Program-made: the position numbers and the translations under genes
Shown here: positions 11,878 through 23,870 of the stretch, piece by piece
Layout: each line of letters begins with the position of its first letter
How positions within the stretch are numbered: position 1 is the first letter of the stretch
Origin: Vicugna vicugna
Taxonomy: Eukaryota
NCBI GenBank assembly: GCA_013265495.1
Contig: MU057887.1
Coordinates: forward strand, 11,985 to 75,984
Length of the DNA: 64,000 nucleotides
Direction of reading: 5' to 3'
Notes under the pieces: model-generated
The model's database searches: none
What the model was told of the DNA's origin: nothing
Seen by the model: only the letters and a program-made list of their open reading frames with translations

Positions 11878-12169
11878 GGGCCTAAATCCCATGGCAAATG
11901 TCATTGTAGGAGGAAAGGACACAGAGGAGGAGACCCCGCAAAGATGGAGGCAGAGACTGAGGGGCGCGGCCACGAGCCCCAGAGCGCCTGAGGCTCCCAG
12001 GAGCTGGAAGGGCCAGGAAGGACCCTCCCTGGAGCCTTCAGAGGCCATGGGCCCTGATGACACCTTGATTTTGGACTTCTGACCTCCAAACCCTGAGAGG
12101 ATGAATTTCTAGTGTTTTAAGCCACCGATTTTGTGGCAATTTGTCTCGGCAGCCCCAGCACACTGACAC
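11878..12169 (+). mobile_element. MaLR LTR 3' part (MLT1C/D-like)
   Basis: AAGATGGAGGCAGAGACTG...GGAGCCTTCAGAGG...GACACCTTGATTTTGGACTTCTG...TTTTAAGCCACC. Confidence 0.85.
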
Positions 12170-12585
12170 GGCACCTCCCCAAGTCCTGTCCCTGGGAATA
12201 GCGGGAAGAGGACAGGGTTGGTGAGGGCGGGAAGGAGGGCGCGGCCCAGCCTAGTCGGCAGGGGGACAAGCAGAGCCCGATCCATTCTGGAATGAACGCT
12301 CCAGGTGCCTGGCCCCTCCCACACAGCCGCCACCAGGTGACCCGCCAGCATCCCCAGCTCTTCCCGAGGTGTTCCCCTGACGTCCTGGCCCGTGGGAACC
12401 ACAAACGAGCTGGATTAGATGCCTCCAAGGACCCTCTCAAGCCTGGCCGCACTCGGCCAAGCTTTGGGGAGAGTGGAGGCCCAGGGAGGGTGGGGGCCCA
12501 GAGGGAGGTGGGGGCTCTGAGGGGCCCTGCCCAGAGCTGCCGCCTGGAGCCTGATTTCAAGGCTCCCAGCCCTCCAGTGGGGCAG

Positions 12586-12604
12586 TGGCGCCCCCTGCTG
12601 GCCA
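12586..12604 (-). promoter_or_regulatory. Strong CTCF motif
   Basis: Reverse complement TGGCCAGCAGGGGGCGCCA is near-identical to the CTCF 19-mer consensus. Confidence 0.7.
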
Positions 12605-12947
12605 CAGCACCCTTCACATGCCCTGGCTCAGCGGGAACCCAGGGCCCCGAAACCCCGAAGAGCGAGCAGTTGGCCTGGACAACCAGGAAGTGTCAGCACG
12701 ATTCTGGGCCGTCCAGGTCCTCAGTGTGATGGGGACAAGCGCAGGCAACGTGTGTTAAACGGCTGCATCCCCGTGTCTCGTCCTCAGTAATATGTCGGGT
12801 ATCTGCATGCAGGACTTTCCTTGCCTTATCCGTGCAGTCCTCTCCACACCCTGGAAGGAAAGGGGGAACCGAATGGGGCCCTCCCTGGGCCTGGTTCTTC
12901 ACCTGTAAAAGGGGCATCTGGACCGTCCCCTGTCTTCCCCTGTCCCC

Positions 12948-12961
12948 CCATCAGGGGGCGC
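12948..12961 (+). promoter_or_regulatory. CTCF-like motif
   Basis: CCATCAGGGGGCGC, one mismatch to CCASYAGRKGGCRS. Confidence 0.5.
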
Positions 12962-13040
12962 TGTGCACACGCAGAGGGCAGGGGTTGAAGGCCTACTGGG
13001 AGTGTGCTGTACGCAGCCTCCTTAGGGAACACGGGTGGGA

Positions 13041-13195
13041 GCAGGCGGCTTCTGGGTGTGCAGCCTGGGAGGTCACGCAGGGCCCCATGCCCAGAAGGGC
13101 CAGAGCCTGGTTTCTGCTCTGCTGTCACCATCTTTATATTTAGCCATTTTTCAACAAGGGCCCCTCATATTCACATGGCATCACGTCCGGCCCTG
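13041..13195. mobile_element. MER91-like non-autonomous hAT DNA transposon
   Basis: CAGGGCCCCATGCCCAGAAGGGCC...TGCTCTGCTGTCACCATCTT...AACAAGGGCCCC...CCGGCCCTG. Confidence 0.7.
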
Positions 13196-14189
13196 AGCAT
13201 AGGAACCACCATTTGGAGCCTTAACCTGGTGGATGCCGCCCTGACCCCAGGCTGCCCGGTGAGCTGGGGCTGCCCACGCCTCCCATGCTCCCCTGCAGGA
13301 GCGCTGTCCCCTCTGGATCCCCTCCATGGGACTGTGTCCAAGCGCCTGGGAAGCCTTCCCAGACCACAGGGCTGGCAAGACGTCTCCTCTAGGCTCCCTC
13401 ACCCTGGGCCTCCCTGGGGGATGCTGCGAGGGTGCAGGTGGGTGCCCAACTCCGCCCCTAAAGGGCCAAAACCTGGGCTTTCGTCCTCCAGACCTGTCCT
13501 GGATGGTGCCCGCCCAGGCCCCGGTCCTGAGAAGCACCCGGGATGGGCGGGCAGCTCAAGATGAGATCCGTGGGGCTCTGCTGCCACCTCACGGCCAATG
13601 AGGGGAAGACAGCACACCCACCAGGGAGGTGGAAGGTGGGTGGGGCCCAGCAACGCAGGTGGGGACCAGCACAGCAGGTGGGGAGGGTGGCCAATGCAGG
13701 AGTGCGAGTTTCAGGAAGATCTCAAATTCCCCTTCCCTGCACCGTTCTCCAGTAACTGCTCTGTCTGCTCACCCTGTAGACAAAGGACCGAGGGGCAGTG
13801 AGCATGGCCATGCAGCTGGTGAGTGGCAGGGACCTCCAGGACCCCCCAGGTAGGGGTTCAAAAGCCAAGCCCCAAGCCCTCCATGGAGAGGTGACAGAGG
13901 CTGCTCAGAGGACAATTGGGGTTGGGCCCCAGCAGCTCCATCAGGTCCTTCCTCCAAGCGGGTGGTCCTCACCCTCTGTCCAGGGCTTCCAACACAACTT
14001 CCAATCCTCTTTCCCACCAGGAGCCCCTCCTGGGAAGACAGGCAGGAGCCGCCACGGGCAGACACCCTAACTCTGCCCTCGGGGACGCCCGCAGGTGCCC
14101 AGAGATGGGGGGGTCTTTAGACGTGGAAACAGACCTCTAACCCCACTTGTTCAGTGCACCGGTGGTGAATGACGTTGGGGGGGCTGGAG

Positions 14190-14400
14190 GGGGAGGAGGG
14201 CTTAAAAGGACGCATTTTGCCCCCAGACCCAGATTCAAATCCCAACCTGGCCACCTTCGTGCCCTGTGACTGACTCCATCCACCTGCCTGAGGCCCTGTG
14301 CCCACATCTGTAAGAGGTAGAGGTCCTACCTCTTAGGCCGACCTCGAGGATTCAACAAGGAAATATTTACAGAGCACTTGGCCGAGGCTCAGTGTCCAAG
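14190..14400 (+). mobile_element. MIR SINE
   Basis: AGACCCAGATTCAAATCCCA...TGTGACT...ACATCTGTAAG...AGAGCACTTGG. Confidence 0.65.
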
Positions 14401-15344
14401 ACAAGCCCCCAGACCCCACCAAGGGTCTACCACACATCTGGCTCCACAGTGGTCTGTTGGGGGTGAGTGTCAGGGAGAGGTGACCACGGCATCCTCTCTG
14501 CTGCCCCAGTGACACTCAGATTAATGCACCACAAGGCAGCGGTTCGATGGGGTGCCAGGGAACACCTGAGTCCAGCATCCGTGATCCACATGTCCATCTG
14601 CTTGGATGCCGCTAAGCCTTGGTGGCCCCTAGGAGCCACCTCCTGAACCCCTCCCTGGTCTGCCTCCTCCTCACCTTCCAGAGCCCCCCCACATTCAGGC
14701 CATCTCCATTTCTGACCTGAATTTTAGACCATAAATCAGCGTCTGTGCTCCCTGCTTAAACACCCTGTGGTCACTTCCCCTGTCCTGGGGTAGAACGGAA
14801 ACTCCTCTCTGGGCTCCGAAGCCCTGGGCCATTTCTCTCTCTCACCCCATCTGGGTCCTCAACTCCAGACCCTCTGAGCTGAGCGGGTCCCTCTCCAGGC
14901 CTTTGCACAAGCTGTTCCTCCCCCAGAGCAGTCTTCTCCCCTTGCCCCTGGTGCCCCGTTACCTTCACCTGGCCTCGGAGTCTCTGCGACCCCCGCCCTG
15001 CCTCCCTCAACACTGCTGGCCAGGCCCCTAGGGCAGAGCCGCCAGCTTCCGAGGGAGAGGGGTCCCGCTGGCATTTGCCCAGTGGTGATGCCCGGGTAGC
15101 GCCCCTCACCCACCCTCTTCCAGCCATCCTCAAGGGCAGCCCCACTTGTGACCCTGTGCTGGGCTCCCCAGTCCTGCTGAGGGTTTTAGGGTCCACGCAG
15201 GAGGCCTGGCTCTGTGTCTGTCCCCTTGTCACCCCGCGTACCTTTGCTGAGTGACCCAGGGCCATGGAGACAAATTCTTCTCTCTTCCAGGGCCTCATGG
15301 AGGAGAAAAGTCTCCTACCTGACGAACTGTATTGAAAGGCAGAC

Positions 15345-15740
15345 CATCCAGAGGCAACCGAGACATCTCTCAGCAGGTGGATGGATAAATAAACTGTGCT
15401 CCATCCAGACAATGGACCGTTACTCAGTAATAAAAAGAAATGAGCCATCAAGCCATGAAAAGATAGAGGAGCCTTAAATACATATTCCCAGATGAGAGAA
15501 GCCAGGCTGGATGATTCCAACTATGACATTCTGGAAAAGACAAAACTGTGGAGACAGTAAAAGAGTAGTGGTGGCCAGGGGTTGGGGGGAGGGAGGGGTG
15601 AACAGGCGGAGCACAGAGGATTTTTAGGGCAGTGAAACTGCTCTGTGTGATACTGTCATGGCAGGTGCATGTCATTACGTTTTTGCCCAAACCCACAGAA
15701 TGTCCAACACCAAGAGTGAACCCTGATGGCAACTGTAAGC
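15345..15740 (+). mobile_element. L1 3' UTR fragment (L1MC1-like)
   Basis: GATTCCAACTATGACATTCTGGAAAAGACAAAACTGTGGAGACAGTAAAAG...GAGCACAGAGGATTTTTAGGGCAGTGAAAC...CCAAGAGTGAACCCT. Confidence 0.85.
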
Positions 15741-16179
15741 TCATCGGCCCTGGTGGGGCAGCAACAGAGGCAGAGTTGAATCCAGATGTCCCAGCACCCA
15801 GTCAACCCCTCCCTGCACCCCCTCCCCCACCAACAGCCAGAGCTGAGAAGGGAAGGGGGGCAGGGCTCGGGAGTGGGGGCTGAGTCTGCGGGAGAGGTGA
15901 CCCCCCTCCCTCCCTCCTTTCACAGCTAACCGGCCTCAAGCCCTGACTCCTCTGTAGCCCCACCACCACCATGTTTTCTTGTCCCTCGGTCCCTTGGCCA
16001 GCCCCAGTCCCTGTCTCCTCTCCTTACATCTCCTTGGACCTAACCCACACCCTCCAATTCCTTTTCCACACTGAGATCAGCCTTCACAAAACCCAAGTCT
16101 GCCCTGTTGCTCACCTGCTCAAACCATGCCCCCCAACCCATGGCTTCCCATCACCCTCCAGTTCCCAGCTGCCTGTTTG

Positions 16180-17735
16180 CAGAATTTGATGCCAAAATTC
16201 ATATGAAAAAGCAAGGGACCCTGAAAAGCCAAATAATCTTGAAAAAGCAGAATAAAGTCAGAGGATTCCTACTTCCCAATCTCAAAACTCACCACAAAGC
16301 TGCAGGGGTGCGGCCAGCGTGGCGCTGGTGTAAGGAGTGGCACACCGGTCCGCGGAACAGCGTGAGGCACATTCACGGCCAAAGTGACATTCAACAAGAG
16401 GCCACGACAGTCAGCGAAGAAAGAGCAGGCTTTCCTTCCAGGTTTTTTTTTAACTGAAGTGTACTCAGTTATGATGTTGTGTCAGTGTCTCGTGTACAGC
16501 ATCATGTTTCAGCCATACTGTACGTAAGTACGTTCCTTTTCAAATTCTTTTAAGAACAGTCTTTTCAGCAAATGGTGCTGGGACAACTGGGCAACGGGAC
16601 ATACACATGCAAAAAAAAGAAGTTGGATGCCCGTCTCACAGCACATACAAAAATTAACTTAAAATGGGTCACAGACCTAAATGTAAGAGCTGCAACTATA
16701 AAACTCTTAGAAAAAAAGAGGTACAGATCTTCATGACCCTGGGTCAGGCAATAGTTTCTTAGATACGACACCAAAAGCATAAGCAACCAAAAAAAAAAAA
16801 ATAGAGACACTGGACTTCCTCAAGATTAAAACCTGTTGTGATTCAAAGGATATAAAGAATTACTGTATGTCAACAATTAAAGAAAACAAATAAGCCAATT
16901 TAAAATTGATCAAAGGATTTGAAGAGACACTTCTCCGAAGAACCTGTCCCAGGGGCTGATGAGCCCACGAAAAGGTGCTCAGCATCATTAGTCATCAGGG
17001 AAACGCCAGTCAGACCCATGGCGAGGTACCACTTCACACCCACCAGAACGGCTCTACTGAAAAGGAAAAGAAAGAAAACAGAAGGTAACAGGTGTTGGCA
17101 AGGACGTGGAGAAATTAGAACGCAAATAATTGTTGGCGGGAAGTAAAATGGTACAGTCATTTTGAAAAACAGCCCAAGAGTTTCTCAAAAAGTCCAACAT
17201 AGAACTATAGCATGAGCAAGCAATTCCACCCCTAAGGCTACACCCGGGAGAGAGGAAACTTATGCCTACACAAAAATTTGTAGCAGCATTAGTCACAGCA
17301 GCCAAAAAGTAGAAACCATTCAAATGTCCATCCACGGATGGGTGGATAAGCAAAATGTGGCCTGTCCCTCCAGAGGACTATTACTCAACCACAAAAAGGA
17401 ACGAAATACTAACACAGGCTACGTGATGGGGGCGAACCCGGAAAACATGACGCGAAGTGAAAGAAACCAGAAACACAAGGCCACGTGTTACGTTTCTGTT
17501 TATGCAAAATGTCCAGAACAGGCAGATCCAGGGAGACAGAAAGCAGACTGGTGGCCGCCAGGGCGCGGGGGAGGCGAGAGTGGGCAGCAACCCTAAGGGT
17601 CACAGAGGTTCTTCTGGGGGGATGAAGATGTTCTAGGATTAGTGCTGAGGGCTGCACAACCTTGCGAATGTTCTAAAATAAACCACACTGTACACTTTAA
17701 GAGGGTGAATTTTGTTGTATGTGAATTGATCTACG
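16180..17735 (+). mobile_element. Old L1 ORF2 3' region and 3' UTR (L1MB-like), decayed
   Basis: Translates to L1 ORF2-like KIHMKKQGTLKSQIILKKQNKVRGFLLPNLKTHHKA and MKRHFSEE...KRCSASLVIRE...RYHFTPTR; 3' UTR ends ...GGGTGAATTTTGTTGTATGTGAATT. Confidence 0.9.
16443..16551 (-). mobile_element. Short 3' end of a younger cetartiodactyl-type L1 nested in the older L1
   Basis: T-tract then AACTGAAGTGTACTCAGTT...TGTTGTGTCAG...TGTACAGCAT, the reverse complement of the tail at 20490-20552; degenerate TSD AAGAGCAGGCTTTCC / AAGAACAGTCTTTTC. Confidence 0.75.
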
Positions 17736-18051
17736 TTTTTTCACTGGTCCTCCAGACTCCTTAGCCAGCGTTTGGGACCTCCCATGGCAGCCCCTACAGC
17801 CTCTCTTGCCTCATCTCCCACTTGAATCCCCCAGTCACAACCTCCACCACCCTAGACAGTCCAGGAAGTCACACCCCAGCCCCACCGGGCACCTTCCATC
17901 ACAGCGCTCTTCACTTGGCATTCAGGTGGTCCCTGTCTCCTCCATTCCCCCAGCCCAATGTGAGTTCCCCAAGGTCAGGGACCAGAAGACACCACTGTGT
18001 CCATAACACTCAGCAGGGGCTCCAGAGAGCAGGCATCAGACAAGGAGCAGT

Positions 18052-18250
18052 GATGGGCAGATGGATGAATGGAGGGATGGATGAATGTGTGAATGGATGG
18101 GTGGATGGATGGATGGACAGATGGATGGATTGAAGGATAGATAGATGAATGGATGGGTGAACTATGGATTGATAGATGGATAGCTGACTGGACAGATGGA
18201 TGGATGGATAAGTGGATGGGTGGTGGATGAGTATGTGGATGGATGAATGG
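18052..18250. repeat. (GGAT)n / (GAAT)n simple repeat, probably an L2 tail expansion
   Basis: gatggatgaatggagggatggatgaat...; preceded by L2-like TGTGAGTTCCCCAAGGTCAGGGACC. Confidence 0.9.
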
Positions 18251-18682
18251 GTTTTCAGGAGCCCAGAAAGTCCATGCAGTGACCCTATTTGGGGACAAGG
18301 AATTAGCCACCATTCACTCCTGGAACCTCTCTCTCCCTGCTGGTTCCAGTGGCTCCAGGCTGGACAAGGGTGGTGGGAAATGTTACCCAGGTCAAATGAG
18401 TTACATTAAGGAGGGTAAGGGTCAGAGCCAGCCTGCCCTGGATTTCAAAGCCAAACCTCCCTTTCCCAGAGCACAAGCAGCGAGAGCAGGACCCACGGGA
18501 GCACCTTCAGAGCAGACCGGCCAGCCCTGCTCTAAGCCAAGCGGAGCCAAGTTCCCCAGCATGGGGAGGGCCTCACTGCTGAGCCAGGGGCAGGCGGGGA
18601 CTCAGAGAGTCACAAGCAGGAGAGAAGACAAACAGACCCCCAACTGGACCCTAGCTGTCTAGAGCCTCACAGATACACACAC

Positions 18683-18731
18683 ACCATCACCATCACCGTC
18701 ACCATCACCACCACCGTCACCATCACCATCC
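18683..18731. repeat. (CACCAT)n simple repeat
   Basis: accatcaccatcaccgtcaccatcaccaccaccgtcaccatcaccatc. Confidence 0.9.
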
Positions 18732-18792
18732 AGCCAAAGGAAGCTCTGGCCGGCTCGGACCACAGTCACCCCAGCCCTTCTCTATGAGTAAA

Positions 18793-19590
18793 TGTGAGAT
18801 AATAGAAAATAGATTTCCGTCTCTGCGTCCTGTTCCTGGCACAGGGCTCCTGAAACCCTTGTAAACTCCTGAGTGGTAAGACATTAGCAGGGAGGGGACA
18901 GCTCAGTGGCAGAACACAGGCTTCATATGCAACAGGTCCTGGGTTCAGTCCCCAGTACCTCCATTTTTTAAAAAATGTAGAAGACAGTAGAAGTATCTCT
19001 CATTCTGGTTGGGCTCCTGAATGGGGAGTGGTCACCAGAAAGACCAAGCCACAAATAGACACTTGGAATTTCAGGCCCACTCCTCACTCTCCAGAGAGGG
19101 AAGAGAGGCTGGAAATGGAGTTAAATGGAGTTAGGAACTGCTGACGCCTAACTGGGAAAGCCGTCATTAAATCCCTGTGGAGAGTCTCCCAGTGGGTGAA
19201 CACACCCGCACATCCGGAGGGCGATGCGCCCGGCTCCCCTGGGACAAGACCTTGCGCTCGGCATCTCTGCATCAGGCTGTTCGTTTGTACCCTTTATCTT
19301 TAGTAAACCAGTCAGCGTGTTTTCCTGAGTTCTGTGAGCTCTCCTAGCGAATAATGGAATCCAAGGGGCAGGAGGTCGTGGCAACTTCCGAGTCACAGGT
19401 CTGTAGCCACGTCAGACACAGATTGTGGGGAACCTGGGGACCTACCGCTTGTGATTGGCATCTGAAGTGGGGAGGGGGCGGTCTTGTGGGACTGAGCCCT
19501 CAACCTGTGGGGTCCGACGCCACCTCCAGGTAGCTAGTGTCAGAAATGAGTTAAATTGCAGGGCACCCAGGTGGTGTCACAGAATTGCAC
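18793..19590 (+). mobile_element. MER21-family solo LTR
   Basis: GGTCACCAGAAAGACCAAG, TTCCTGAGTTCTGTGAG and GTCTTGTGGGACTGAGCCCTCAACCTGTGGGGTC...CTCCAGGTAG..AGTGTCAGAA are MER21 hallmarks. Confidence 0.85.
18888..18980 (+). mobile_element. Short, diverged tRNA-derived SINE (vic-1-like) inserted in a MER21-type LTR
   Basis: AGCTCAGTGG...GGTCCTGGGTTCAGTCCCCAGTACCTCCA; TSD AAGACATTAG (18878-18887) / AAGACAGTAG (18981-18990). Confidence 0.85.
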
Positions 19591-20190
19591 CCCCACTCAC
19601 TCATCTACAAAACCCAAGGACCCCTCAGAGGCAGCCCTGCAGGCATCACGGTCCCTGGGTGCATCCTTGTCCACCCATCCAGGGTAGCAAAGCTCTATTT
19701 CAGTGTTTCCAGGGCTCATCCTGCTGACCTTTCGTGAGCACCTACTGTGTGCCCGGCATCACGCCCCACACTGAAGGGCCAACAAGTAACAAACCCGTGC
19801 TATGGGTTCCCTGGTGGCCCAGGCAACAAGCCCGTCACAGAACAGCTTTGTTACACTAAAGTCGCTTCCTTCTCACCGCCTGAAAGGCAGCTGATGCCGC
19901 CCTGGGGATGGTAAGGGCTTCCTATGGCAGATGCTTTTTCATCTGAAGCCCAAAAGGGGAAAGTAGGCACCCAGCTAAGGGGAGTCGGGAAGCGTGGAAG
20001 CAGGCTGTCCCCAGAGGGAACAGCATGTGCCAGCAACCTGCCAGACATGAGAAAAGGGAGCACCGTGGCTGAGGCTAAGGCTCCGTCAAGCTGGGGTAAC
20101 TCTAAGCATCTGAAACAAGACGAGGGCCAGGAGGCTCCCGCTGTAAAGGCTGACTTTGTAAGGATCCGTGCTTTCTTCATTTTAAAAAAA

Positions 20191-20552
20191 AATACCGTAT
20201 GATGTCACTCATATGGGAAATCAAAATAAAAAAAGACACAAATGAACTTATTTACAAAACAGAAACAGACTCACAGACATGGAAAACAAACTTATGGTTA
20301 CCAGCAGGGAAAGGGGGTAGGAAGGGATAAACTGGGAGTTCGAGATTTGCAGATACTAACTACTGTATATAAAATAGATAAACCACAAGTTTCTTCTGTA
20401 CAGCCCAGGGAAGTATATTCAATATCTCGTAGTAATCTATAATGAAAAAGAATATGAAAACGAATATATGTCTGTATACGGATGACTAAAGCATTATGCT
20501 GCACATCAGAGATTGACACAGCATTGTAAAATGACTGTACTTCAATTAAAAA
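20191..20552 (+). mobile_element. Relatively young cetartiodactyl/camelid L1 3' UTR (5'-truncated)
   Basis: ACAAATGAACTTATTTACAAAACAGAAACAGACTCACAGACAT...GGGATAAACTGGGAGTTCGAGATTTGCAGATAC...TACTTCAATTAAAAA. Confidence 0.9.
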
Positions 20553-21149
20553 TCTTTTTAACTAAAGAAGAGAGATTCCACAGGACCAGGGTTTAAAAGC
20601 AAAATACACACAGCTGTTACAGTTTAACTATTTGCCATCTGCTCACCTCTCCCACTCAGATCTCTTAAGTTTCCTTCAGCAGCAGAATCTGTGAAATGGG
20701 CTAACAGAGAGGCTGAGCCGATTTGAACTGAGCAAACCCAGAGGGCAGCCCAGAAGGGGCCCAGACCAGGGAGCAGGATATTTGGGGAGGAGAAGTCTTG
20801 GGGCCCTGAGACAGCAGCAGATCCTAAGCACATGAGCAGCGGGCAGATAATGTTTAGATGTTTAGCCATGGGTGTGATTGTCCATCCGCATTATGGTGCT
20901 TCAGCAAGACACTGCATAGACTTAACTTGCTTCTCAGTTACTTTGGATGTGATGCAAGACAGGTGGTTCTTTTAATCTGCGGTGTGGCCGCTCTCGGCCC
21001 CCGGAGTAACCATGCTGGCGTGCTCTCCCACTCTTAAAATAATACACATTTATTACCAGATGTTGGGAGCATGCTAATTTGGAAAACCAGTAAGAACAGA
21101 AACCTTCCATATTGTCAGGCGCCAACGGTCACTGCCGACAGCAGCCGAA

Positions 21150-21570
21150 TGTGTTGCTTTTGGGTCTTTCCTTAATTTCTGCATGTCATGTCATTTTGAT
21201 GCTATCCCACAAGATATTTTGAATTTTAGTGGTTTTTAATTTAGTATGACTGCGTAAGCATTTTCTCGTGTCTTTAGATACGGGAAACCTAATTCTAATG
21301 GGTGCATCACATTCCAGAAGAAGGATGTATCGTCACCCCGTGATTCATTTTTAATGGACGTTTACAAGGTGTCTCTGGCCTTTCAGCACAGATGATGCTC
21401 TGACGAACAGCGTGAAGGTTTTCCTAAGGTTCGGAATGCTTCCTTAGCACGGCTTTCCTGACGTGGAACTGCTGAGTCAGCTCACTTCCTGAAATATCCA
21501 GCCAGAGTGGCCTCCAGCAAGTTTGTAGCCATTTACTTCCCCCCAGAGGTACCAGCTTCCCCTGCCAGTG
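21150..21570 (-). mobile_element. Ancient L1 fragment (L1ME-like)
   Basis: Degenerate TTCCTTAG...TTCCTGACGTGGAACTGCTGAGTCA...AGTTTGTAGCCATTTACTTCCCCC. Confidence 0.55.
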
Positions 21571-23754
21571 TGCCTCATACACCCACGCGCTATGACCTGG
21601 ACTGCTGCTGACTTGAAACTGGAAGGGAGTTCCCCTCTCCTGGGAGGTGACCCCTCCGACTGCCCACAAGGATGACAATGTGATTCTCAGTAGATGCTCC
21701 TGCCCCTCCAGGCATGTCTCCTCCACGCCTGGCTGGGGGGGTGGCTGGGGAGCTGCCAAGGGGACCATTGCTTGCTTTGAGAAGCCCACAGACTCAGCTC
21801 TATGGCTTTGGCCAGTGGCTTCCTAACCTGTTAATGAGGACAGTGGGAGGGTCACAAGAGAACATGAGGACAGGGGGAACAGGCACTGACCAGCCACTGC
21901 ACTGTCACCTCTCACAGCCGGTCCCCTCTCTGGCCCGCTTGGTGGGAGGGACGCACTGTTCCCTGGTCCAAAGCCACTCCTGCCACTTCCCAGAACAGCA
22001 GCAGATCAAACGCACTGGGTTCCTGGACTTCATTAGTGACTTATTTACTTCTCTTTGCCAGGCAGAAGTTTCCATTTAACTAGAGAAGCCTATTTTAAAT
22101 TACATGTCCCTTCCACCAGCCACGCGGCTCGGATGCTGAGGAGAGACGGGCTTTGTCGGGATCCATGTGTCTCAGGACAACTTCCTATTTCAGGGCGCGG
22201 GGCCCCCATTGAGGGGTGCCTGGGTCCACTTCCAGATGGAAGGAGGCCGGGGCCCGAGCACAGCCGGCCAACTCCAGGGGCCCGAGAGCTCCCACTGGCC
22301 CAGCGGGAGAGCCGGGGGCCCGGTTCGGGGAGGCCCCGGTCGCTCATCTGCTCACTCATTGGCCCCATGTCCCTCAACCTCAGCTCTGGGGCTGGCCTGG
22401 GGCTGGGGACAGAGAAATAAATCAGACAAAACCCTCTTGCCAAGTTACGGTCAGGCTCTGGGGGAGAGATGGGCCCCCGAACATGTAATTACATTCAGAC
22501 CGTTGTTGAAAATCTATTTTCTGACCACTTAACCGTGGGTCATAAATTGTGCTGAGAGATTAACATTGTAAGAATTCTGCGAGCTGGGGACGGAATTTGT
22601 CCCAGGCCCTTGCTGGCCGAGGCAGACAGAGGTCCAGCGTGGGCCAGGGCTCGCCCAGGGTCACACCCAAGCCACCGGCAGGAACTCAGGACCTAGGTGC
22701 CAGCCCCTCTGGCTCTGCAGAGTTCTGATGGGGCCGGCAAGGAGGCCAGGATGCTTCTGCTTCCGGGCTTCCCTCAGGGTCACAGAAAAAGGGTTCCGAG
22801 CCCCTGGGGCAGGGTCACCCAGAGGAACATGTGACCCACCTGTCCTGGGTGAGCCGGGGAGGGCTGGGTTCCTGCAGGCAGCCTGGGCAGGAAGCAGCTG
22901 CAGGAAGCTGGGAGGGGGTGGGGGACGAGAGGCATCGGTCACCTCCATGGTCCACCCTCCGCGGAAGCCAGGGCAGGACACTGCTCCAACGTGGAGCTGC
23001 AGCAGTGAGGCCGAGCCCAGCTCCAAGGCCCGACGGTCCCCGCTGGTCAGTCACTGCCTCATTCTTGACCTGCTCCAACCCAATGGCCACAATGAGGTGG
23101 CAGCTGACAGACACACAGGCTGCAAGCACCCCTCAGAAGTGGCCAGGTACGTGTGGCCAGTCCTGGAGGATGAGATGGAGATTTCTAGGCAGAGACGGGG
23201 TGAAGGATACAAAAAATGACCCCACTCCAGAGACACCAAGGCCAGCTTTTAAAGAAAACAGAGCAGGAATTAGCAGGGTTCCCTTCCTAATAGACTTCCC
23301 TGTGTTCTAGATCCATCTTCCTGCCTTCATGCTCCCAGCCTCCAGCCTCCAAGAACCCAACCCTTAGGTAAACAGTCCAGCTGAGGCCACAGAAGGCGGC
23401 AAGAAGGTGGGCAAGAGAGCTCCTTCTCCAACCTGAACCCTACAAGTGACAGCTGGATGTAGTGAGCCCACCGTCTCTAGAAGCAATCAAGCTGCATCTA
23501 GACCCCCAGAGGCCAAAAGGCCCAAGAAGGAGTCTTTAAGTGTTGGAGAGCGTTGTAACAAGGTATCAGGAGGCCCCCTGGAGCAGCACTGTGTCCAGGG
23601 CTCAGAGACTCCCAGGTCCTCTAGATAGACCAGGGGAGCACCCCAGAGCCCCTAGGGAACCAGAAACAGCAATAGAGGGTGAGCAACTGCCACAGGCCAG
23701 GAGTTCTGATCTCATCTCAAACCATCTCAATGCTTTCAGAGCATGGATTACTCT

Positions 23755-23870
23755 CCCCACATAGATGAGGAGACCAAGGTCCAAGGATGTAAGTACTTGC
23801 TCAAGATCACACCGCCGTCTGGGGGCAGAGCCAGGATACTGACCCAGCTCTGGCTGATCCGAAGTCTGGA
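23755..23870 (-). mobile_element. MIR SINE
   Basis: ATAGATGAGGAGACCAAGG...AAGTACTTGCTCAAGATCACA...GGCAGAGCCAGGA. Confidence 0.65.

Noticed and set aside
18683..18731. Poly-histidine coding exon
   Set aside because: A simple (CACCAT)n repeat with no supporting splice sites or coding context.
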